Source of the DNA: a virus
Virus record (IMG/VR): IMGVR_UViG_3300048930_001424
Coordinates: 26,257-90,256 of that record
DNA length: 64,000 bases
Direction: 5' to 3' (one strand)
Shown here: positions 57,710-64,000 of the stretch, in pieces
Layout: each line of letters opens with the position of its first letter
Position numbering within the stretch: position 1 is the stretch's first letter
Made by a program: the position numbers and the translations under genes
Notes under the pieces: model-generated
Databases searched by the model: none
What the model was told of the DNA's origin: nothing
What the model saw: the letters and a program-made list of their open reading frames with translations, nothing else

Positions 57710-58194
57710 AGTTCCTCAGTTCACTTTCCACCCGCCACTACGTCTACATCGTCGGCCTGCTGCTCATGGCGCTCGTGCTCACGTCGTGTGCGGGCTTCGA
57801 CCTGGGCGACCTCGTGAAGGTCAAGACCCCCAACACCATCCAGCAGACCACGGGACTGCCGTCCACGCTCAGCCTGAACGAGGCCGAGGTCGAGTACCAG
57901 AACTGGTTCAACCAGACGCAGACGACCGGCGCGCAGTGGAAAGGCAACATCGAGAAGGCCGGCGAGCTCCGCGGCCTGTTCAGCCAGCTCACGCTGTCGG
58001 CCCTCGACACCGTCGGGCCGACGGTCGCGGGCTTGCCCGTGCTCGGCCCGGCGCTGCCGGCGCTCACCGGCATCGTCGGCTTGTTCATCGGCTCGGGCCG
58101 GCTCCGCAAGGAGAAGGAGGCGTCGTTCAACAAGGGCCTGGAGAAGGGCAGCGGCCTCGCCGGCGGCCCCCCCAGCGGCGGGAGCGACGTGTGA
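57706..58194 (+). CDS. Predicted lipoprotein / membrane protein
   Basis: Signal peptide with LTSC lipobox; C-terminal hydrophobic segment. Confidence 0.7.
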   Translation: MKFLSSLSTRHYVYIVGLLLMALVLTSCAGFDLGDLVKVKTPNTIQQTTGLPSTLSLNEAEVEYQNWFNQTQTTGAQWKGNIEKAGELRGLFSQLTLSALDTVGPTVAGLPVLGPALPALTGIVGLFIGSGRLRKEKEASFNKGLEKGSGLAGGPPSGGSDV

Positions 58195-58637
58195 TCACCA
58201 TGCGGATCAAGGACATGTTCTTCGACCGCGCGGCGGTGGTCCGCGCGGTTGATGGGGCCAAGCGGAAGGTGCTCAGCAAGGCCGGCGCGTTCATCCGCAC
58301 GGCGGCCCGAACCAGCATCCGCAAGCGCAAAGGGTCCGCACCCGCGGGCAAGCCGCCCCACTCGCACGAGGGGAGCCTGCGCCGGCTCATCCTCTTCGGG
58401 TACGACAAGACGGCGGACTCCGTAGTTGTCGGGCCGGTGGGCTTCAAGAAGAGCGACCCCCCGGTACCCAACGTCCTCGAGCACGGCGGCGACACCGTCG
58501 TGTTCCGCCGACGGGGCGGACGGCTCACATCGCAGAAGGTCAAGATCGCCGCGCGGCCGTACATGGCCCCGGCGCTGGAGAGGGAGCGGCCGAAGTTGCC
58601 GCTCTTGTGGCGGAACTCCATTCGGAAGGGAGCCTGA
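58191..58637 (+). CDS. Virion morphogenesis / neck protein (HK97 gp10-like)
   Basis: SAPAGKPP…GSLRR…LEHGG…ARPYMAPAL. Confidence 0.7.
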   Translation: MITMRIKDMFFDRAAVVRAVDGAKRKVLSKAGAFIRTAARTSIRKRKGSAPAGKPPHSHEGSLRRLILFGYDKTADSVVVGPVGFKKSDPPVPNVLEHGGDTVVFRRRGGRLTSQKVKIAARPYMAPALERERPKLPLLWRNSIRKGA

Positions 58638-58640
58638 TCG

Positions 58641-60635
58641 GTGGCCGACACGCGGGGCATCCGGGCTGGACGGGCGTTCGTCGAACTCGGCGTGAGCGAC
58701 AAGCTCACGGCTGGGCTTCGCCGCGCCCAGAAGCAGCTTCAGGCCTTCGGCGCTGGCCTGCGCTCCATCGGTACCCGGCTCGCAGGCATCGGGGCCGCGG
58801 CGGCCGCCGGTCTCCTGGGCACCGCCAAGGTCTTCTCGGAGATGGGGGATGTGCTCGACAAGATGAGCATCCGCACCGGCGTCAGCGTCGAGGCGCTGTC
58901 GGAACTGGGGTATGCCGCCGAGCTCTCGGGCGCGGACCTGGAGGCGCTCGAATCGGGCGTCCGGATCATGCAGCGCACGCTGGGCGAGGCGGCTCAGGGG
59001 ACCGGCACGGCCGTCGAGGCACTCGACAGGCTCGGCCTCAGCGCAGAGCAACTGGCCGGGCTCTCCCCGGAGCAGCAGTTCAAGGTCCTGGCCGATCGGA
59101 TCTCCAAGGTCGCGGACCCCACGTTGCGGGCCGCCATCGCGATGGAGGTCTTCGGCAAGGCAGGGACCAAGCTCTTGCCGCTCATGGCCGACGGCGCTGC
59201 GGGCATCGAGGCGATGCAGGAGGAGGCCCGGCGACTCGGCCTGACCGTCAGCACCGAGACCGCCCGCGACGCCGCACAGCTCAACGATGCCCTCGGCACC
59301 CTTTGGAAAGTGCTCAAGCAGGGCGTGTTCACCATCGGCGGGGCGCTCGCGCCGCTCCTGAAGGACATCGCCGAGCGCATCACCCGCATCATCGTGAGCG
59401 CCACGACCTGGATCAAGGCGAACCGCGAAATCGTCGTGTGGGCGCTGAAGGTCGCGGCCGCCGTCGCGGTGGCGGGCGTGGCCATCATCGCGCTCGGCTC
59501 CATCGTCTCCGGCATCGGCGCGACCCTCGGCATCGTCGCCGGGGTCATCGGCGGGATCGGCACCGCATTCAGCCTGATCGGGGCCGCCATCGCGGCGATC
59601 CTGTCGCCGGTGGGGCTGGCGATCGCCGCCATCGTGGCGCTCGGCGGCGTGCTCATCGTCACCACCGGAGTCGGCGGCGACGCCCTCGCCTGGCTCGGCG
59701 AGCAGTTCACGCGCCTGCGCGACTGGGTGACCAAGGTCGTCGGCGGCATCTCCGACGCCCTCGCGGCGGGCGACATCGCGCTGGCGGCCGAGATCCTGTG
59801 GCTGTCGCTCAAGGTGGTATGGCAGCAGGGCGTCGCCGCGCTGAACAAGGTCTGGCTGGAAGCCAAGGAGTTCTTCGTCTCCACCGCCCACGGCATGTGG
59901 TACGGGGCGCTGGCGGCCGCCGAGATCGTCTTCCACGCGCTCGAGGTCGCGTGGATCGAGACCACTGCGTTCCTCTCCAAGACCTGGACCAACTTCACCA
60001 CCGGCTTCCAGCAGGTGTGGGAGTCGGCATCGTCGTGGGTCGCCAAGCGGATGCTGGAGATCCAGGGGCTGTTCGACTCCGGGCTCGACGTGGACGCCGC
60101 GAAGAGGGCCGTCGATGATCAACTCGAATCCCGCCTGGCGGAACTGGAAAGCGCGGCCCAGCGGCAGGTGGCCCAGCGCGAAGGACAGCGCGCCGCGGAG
60201 CGTGAGCAGGCTGCCGCCCTGCACGAGGCAACGCTCGCCGGGATCGGTCGGGACTTTGAGGAGGCCCAGGCCGCGCTCAAGGCGAACACGGAGGCGGGGC
60301 TCGCGGAGTCGCAAGCGGCGCTGGATGCCGCGAAGCAGAAGCTCGCCGATGTCATCGAGCAGGCCCGCCAGAAACGGGAGGCGGCGGACGCCGAGCGCGG
60401 CCCCGGCCGCACGCCGCGCGACCTGATGGCCGAGTTCGAGGACCGGCTCGCAGGGCTCGGCGAGGTCATCGGCAAGGGGATCAGCGTGCGCGGCACGTTC
60501 AACGCACGCGCGGCGCAGGGTCTGGAGTCCGACGGCGGGGCCGCCGAGCGGACGGCCCGGGCCACGGAGCAGACCGCCAAGCACACCAAGCGTCTGGCCG
60601 ACGCCGCGCAGAGCGGCGGGTTGACCTTCGCGTAA
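58641..60635 (+). CDS. Tail tape measure protein
   Basis: IRAGRAFVEL N-terminus; Ala/Gly-rich helical repeats with a hydrophobic middle. Confidence 0.88.
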   Translation: MADTRGIRAGRAFVELGVSDKLTAGLRRAQKQLQAFGAGLRSIGTRLAGIGAAAAAGLLGTAKVFSEMGDVLDKMSIRTGVSVEALSELGYAAELSGADLEALESGVRIMQRTLGEAAQGTGTAVEALDRLGLSAEQLAGLSPEQQFKVLADRISKVADPTLRAAIAMEVFGKAGTKLLPLMADGAAGIEAMQEEARRLGLTVSTETARDAAQLNDALGTLWKVLKQGVFTIGGALAPLLKDIAERITRIIVSATTWIKANREIVVWALKVAAAVAVAGVAIIALGSIVSGIGATLGIVAGVIGGIGTAFSLIGAAIAAILSPVGLAIAAIVALGGVLIVTTGVGGDALAWLGEQFTRLRDWVTKVVGGISDALAAGDIALAAEILWLSLKVVWQQGVAALNKVWLEAKEFFVSTAHGMWYGALAAAEIVFHALEVAWIETTAFLSKTWTNFTTGFQQVWESASSWVAKRMLEIQGLFDSGLDVDAAKRAVDDQLESRLAELESAAQRQVAQREGQRAAEREQAAALHEATLAGIGRDFEEAQAALKANTEAGLAESQAALDAAKQKLADVIEQARQKREAADAERGPGRTPRDLMAEFEDRLAGLGEVIGKGISVRGTFNARAAQGLESDGGAAERTARATEQTAKHTKRLADAAQSGGLTFA

Positions 60636-60647
60636 GGAGACACGTTC

Positions 60648-61457
60648 GTGCCGATCACGGTGACGGAGAAGTTCGAAAGCCGCAAGTCCACCAAGGGCGA
60701 CAACCCTTCGGCGGAGCTGGTCTACACCGTGCGCGGCACCAACGACGACCTCGCGGCCCGCAACTCCGCTGAGACCACCAGTCCCGCGACCTACGACGGC
60801 CAGCCGAGGCAGTCGGTCTCCGTGGAGCCGATCGGCGATGAGTTGTGGGAGGCCGTCGTCCGGTACGGGAAGAGCCAGGCCGGTTCACTGCCGGAGCCCG
60901 GAGAGAGCGTCTTCTCCTTCGACACCGGCGGCGGTACGCAGCACATCACGCAGAGCAAAGAGACCGTCTCCTCCCACGCGCCCTCCGGCTCGTCCCCCCC
61001 GGACTTCGGCGGCGCGATCGGCGTCACCGCCGACGGTGTCGAGGGCGTGGACATCACCGTCCCGGTCTTCCAGTTCTCCGAGACGCACTACTTCACCAAC
61101 GACCAGGTGACGCCCTCGTACAAGGGCACGCTCTTCTCGCTCACCGGCAAGGTGAACTCCGGCGCGTTCAAGGGGTTTCAAGCCGGCGAGGTCCTGTTTC
61201 TGGGCGCATCGGGCGCGCGGCGCGGCACCGATCCCGATGACGACTGGGAGATCTCCTTCCGGTTCGCGGCCAGCCCGAACGCCAGTGGCATCTCCGTGGG
61301 CGGCATCAGTGGCATCAGCAAAAAGGGGTGGGAGTACCTGTGGGTGCGGTACGCCGACCAGGAGGACACCGGCTCGCACGCAATCGTGAAGCGCCCGGTC
61401 GCGGCGTATGTCGAGCGCGTGTACGACGAGGGCAACTTCGCAGGATTGGGGATCTGA
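60648..61457 (+). CDS. Phage tail-associated protein
   Basis: Paralogue of 698-1507. Confidence 0.7.
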   Translation: MPITVTEKFESRKSTKGDNPSAELVYTVRGTNDDLAARNSAETTSPATYDGQPRQSVSVEPIGDELWEAVVRYGKSQAGSLPEPGESVFSFDTGGGTQHITQSKETVSSHAPSGSSPPDFGGAIGVTADGVEGVDITVPVFQFSETHYFTNDQVTPSYKGTLFSLTGKVNSGAFKGFQAGEVLFLGASGARRGTDPDDDWEISFRFAASPNASGISVGGISGISKKGWEYLWVRYADQEDTGSHAIVKRPVAAYVERVYDEGNFAGLGI

Positions 61458-61474
61458 CCCCCACGAGGAGACGC

Positions 61475-62503
61475 ATGGGCGACGTGTTCCGCAAAGTCCG
61501 ATCGGGCGAACCGCTCCGCATCCCCGCGGCGGCGTACAACGCCTTCGTCGATGCGGCGGTCGATCTGCGCCGGCGCGAGCGCAACGCCAACGCCGGGCCG
61601 GCGTTGGAGCCCGCGCAGCGCGGCATCGTGCTGGTCCGCAACGACTCCGACGATGATATCGAGCCGTACCACGCGCTGGCCATCACGGGCGTGCTCGTGC
61701 AGCCCGACAACGAGGACCAGGAGCGGACGTTCCACAGCCGCACGCCGCTGACGGGCGAAGTTGCCACGGAAGAATCACCGTCGCTCTCGTTCGTACTCGC
61801 GCTGCAACCGATCAAGCCGGGCGACCTCGGACGGTGCGTGCTCACGGGAGTCACGCCCGCGCGGGTCTTCATCACCAACGAGACGGACACGACCTGCGAG
61901 CTGGCTCCAGAGGAAACCGTGCTGGCCAGCACGCCCATGGGCGGCATCCCGATCCTGTGGAAGGAGGAGGGAGTCGGCGAGAAGTGGGCGGTGATCGAGA
62001 TGGGTCAGCCCTCGCCCGGCCGCGTCACGGCGATCCTCGGGGCAGCGCAGCCCATCCCGACGGAGAACAACCGCTGGCGCTACCCGTGGGTCGAGGCCCG
62101 GATCGACGGCGACCCCGGCAGCGACACATACCTCCGCTATGTCCCCGTGCCCGAGGGGCTGTCGTCGCAACTGGCCGGTGGCGGCGAGGACCCGACGCGG
62201 CTGGCGATCAACCGCTTCGAGGCCCACCACATGAACGACTTCGACCCCGGCTCCGGCTTCGGTGGGCTGCTCGGGTTGGGACCGGTGTGCGAGCTGCCGG
62301 GCGTGCTTCCGAAGTGCCCGCCCGCGCGGTCGCTCAAGCCCAGGCTCGTTCCGATTCCCGAGGGCGTCTGTGTGCAGCTCACCTGCGAGCGCAACAGCAA
62401 GGGCAGGCCGGTGTGGGTGTTTGAGGCGATGAGCCTCATCGAGATCGCCGACCCGGCCGACGAATATCGCAAGTTCAACATCTACATCGAGGGAGGCGCA
62501 TGA
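61475..62503 (+). CDS. Phage tail-region hypothetical protein
   Basis: Paralogue of 1511-2539; GAGGAG RBS. Confidence 0.7.
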   Translation: MGDVFRKVRSGEPLRIPAAAYNAFVDAAVDLRRRERNANAGPALEPAQRGIVLVRNDSDDDIEPYHALAITGVLVQPDNEDQERTFHSRTPLTGEVATEESPSLSFVLALQPIKPGDLGRCVLTGVTPARVFITNETDTTCELAPEETVLASTPMGGIPILWKEEGVGEKWAVIEMGQPSPGRVTAILGAAQPIPTENNRWRYPWVEARIDGDPGSDTYLRYVPVPEGLSSQLAGGGEDPTRLAINRFEAHHMNDFDPGSGFGGLLGLGPVCELPGVLPKCPPARSLKPRLVPIPEGVCVQLTCERNSKGRPVWVFEAMSLIEIADPADEYRKFNIYIEGGA

Positions 62504-63099
62504 CCACGACCTCCCCGAGCAAGCCCACACTCGACGCCCGCCGCGAACACGAGCGGAAGAAGTACGTCGCGCTCGCCGCGCGGCCCGCCGCGCCCGGAAC
62601 TGGCTACGGCGCAACCAACCACGGCGCAGCGGCTTTCCCGCTGATGCAGCGGCTGAAGCCCCGCTTCGTCGTGGACTTCGGGTGCGGTCGTAACGACTTC
62701 ATCGGCGCACTGCGGCGGATCGGCATTGACGGGCTCGGCATTGATTTCGCGCTCCCCGAGGCTGACGTCCCGCGGGCCATGCACAACACCGGCCTGCTCG
62801 ACGACGTTGCCGATGTGGTGACGAGCTTCGATGCTCTGGAGCACCTGCTCCCCGAGGACGTGGACGCGGTGCTCGCGGAGATGCGGCGGGTCAGTCGCCC
62901 GCGGGCGCACTTCGTGTTCTCGATCTGCACGCGCCCGAGCCGAACCACGGTCGCCGGGGAAGGGCTGCACCCGACCGTGCGGCCGCTGGCGTGGTGGCTG
63001 GAGCGGATCGGCCAGGTTGGCACGGTGACGGCCCCGAAAGCCGAGGGTCGGTACATCGTCGGGCGGTTCGCGGCCAAGGAGGGCTGCGGCTGTGCGTGA
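62500..63099 (+). CDS. Class I SAM-dependent methyltransferase
   Basis: Paralogue of 2536-3135. Confidence 0.85.
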   Translation: MTTTSPSKPTLDARREHERKKYVALAARPAAPGTGYGATNHGAAAFPLMQRLKPRFVVDFGCGRNDFIGALRRIGIDGLGIDFALPEADVPRAMHNTGLLDDVADVVTSFDALEHLLPEDVDAVLAEMRRVSRPRAHFVFSICTRPSRTTVAGEGLHPTVRPLAWWLERIGQVGTVTAPKAEGRYIVGRFAAKEGCGCA

Positions 63100-64000
63100 G
63101 AACCAGTCGGACATCGCGGCGCTTCAGGCGGGGCTCAAGGCGCGGAAGCCCGCGCGAGATGGCCTGCGCCTCTACACCGCCGACTTTGACTCGGTGTCCC
63201 TCGCCGGGTTCTACCGGGGCCGGTCGGCGTTCCTGATCCTCTCGGGGCCGTCACTCACGCAGGTGGACCTTTCGCAGCTCAACAAGCGCGGCATCGTCAC
63301 GATAGGGGTGAACAACTCCTGGTCGGTGCATCGCCCCACGCTTTGGACCTGCGTCGACGATCCGGGTCGCTTCATCGACACCGGCTGGAAAGACCCCGGC
63401 ATCCTGAAGTTCGTGCCGACATGCTGCTGGGACAAGCGGCTCCGCATCCAGAACCCCGATGGCACGATGCGCAACAGCGCGTTCCGTGTCCGGCAGATGC
63501 CCAGCGTCCTGTTCTTCCGCCGCGCCGATCATTTCGATCATGAGCGATTCCTGACGGGCGACTCGGTCCCGTGGGGCAACGACGCCAAGCACGCGGACTC
63601 GCTCGGGATCACAGGCAAGCGCAGCGTCATGCTCGTCGCCCTGCGCCTGCTGCATCACCTGGGCTTCGGCACCGTGTATCTGCTCGGCTGCGACTTCAAG
63701 ATGGCCGCTGACCGCAGGTACGCCTTCAATGAGCACCGGGCACCCAATGCCATCAGGCACAACAACGTCCTGTACGACTCCCTGGCCCGGCGCTTCGAGG
63801 CGCTGCGTCCGCACTTCGACAAGCACCGGTTTCGCGTGATCAACTGCTCCCCGGGCAGCGAGCTCCAGGCGTTCGACCGCATGGACTTCGACGCGGCGGT
63901 GAAAGCCGCATCCGCCGAGTGCGGCAAGCCGGTGAGCACGCAGGGTTGGTACGAACCAAACCCGAAGGCCATTCCCAGCCCGCAGGAGGCCGCCCGATGA
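63092..64000 (+). CDS. Maf/DUF115-like putative glycosyltransferase
   Basis: Paralogue of 3128-4030; ends in ATGA, implying a second Hint gene follows. Confidence 0.6.
   Translation: MRENQSDIAALQAGLKARKPARDGLRLYTADFDSVSLAGFYRGRSAFLILSGPSLTQVDLSQLNKRGIVTIGVNNSWSVHRPTLWTCVDDPGRFIDTGWKDPGILKFVPTCCWDKRLRIQNPDGTMRNSAFRVRQMPSVLFFRRADHFDHERFLTGDSVPWGNDAKHADSLGITGKRSVMLVALRLLHHLGFGTVYLLGCDFKMAADRRYAFNEHRAPNAIRHNNVLYDSLARRFEALRPHFDKHRFRVINCSPGSELQAFDRMDFDAAVKAASAECGKPVSTQGWYEPNPKAIPSPQEAAR

Larger units (their letters stand above)
31391..64000 (+). mobile_element. Prophage-like element B (lambda-like head, siphovirus-type tail); left boundary approximate, continues past window
   Basis: Ordered recombinase, regulation, replication, packaging, head and tail modules. 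Confidence 0.88.
59942..64000 (+). repeat. Diverged direct repeat, copy 2 (paralogous to 1-4030)
   Basis: Colinear with copy 1 across five ORFs. Confidence 0.97.

Overview
High-GC window, Planctomycete-like by gene content, showing two related temperate-phage (prophage) elements in tandem with a period of about 59.95 kb. Positions 1-4030 are a diverged paralogue of 59942-64000. From left to right: (i) the end of element A's tail operon (tape-measure C-terminus, two tail genes, a SAM methyltransferase, a Maf/DUF115-like transferase and a Ser/Gly-rich Hint protein); (ii) a ~26-kb defence island containing an XRE-ImmA pair, a restriction-like SNF2/DUF1156/DUF499 system with an embedded PRTase gene and a NADAR domain fused to the methylase, a HEPN gene, GmrSD, a type I RM system with an extended HsdS, and an ABC ATPase plus HNH pair; (iii) element B, comprising a DUF2924/serine-recombinase module, an 'MG-' protein plus QueC-regulator fusion, tandem operator-like palindromes, its own sigma factor, replication genes, a ParB-methylase, a reverse cassette of small genes, then terminase, portal, protease-capsid fusion and tail genes. 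Best leads: (1) the PRTase/NADAR-methylase write/erase pair; (2) the QatBC-like QueC module fused to a probable prophage regulator; (3) an exact bipartite motif GCGCGACAA-N13-GCAGAGGGGTA in front of three operons, probably the promoter for the element's sigma factor. All family calls come from motif recognition by eye; no searches were run.
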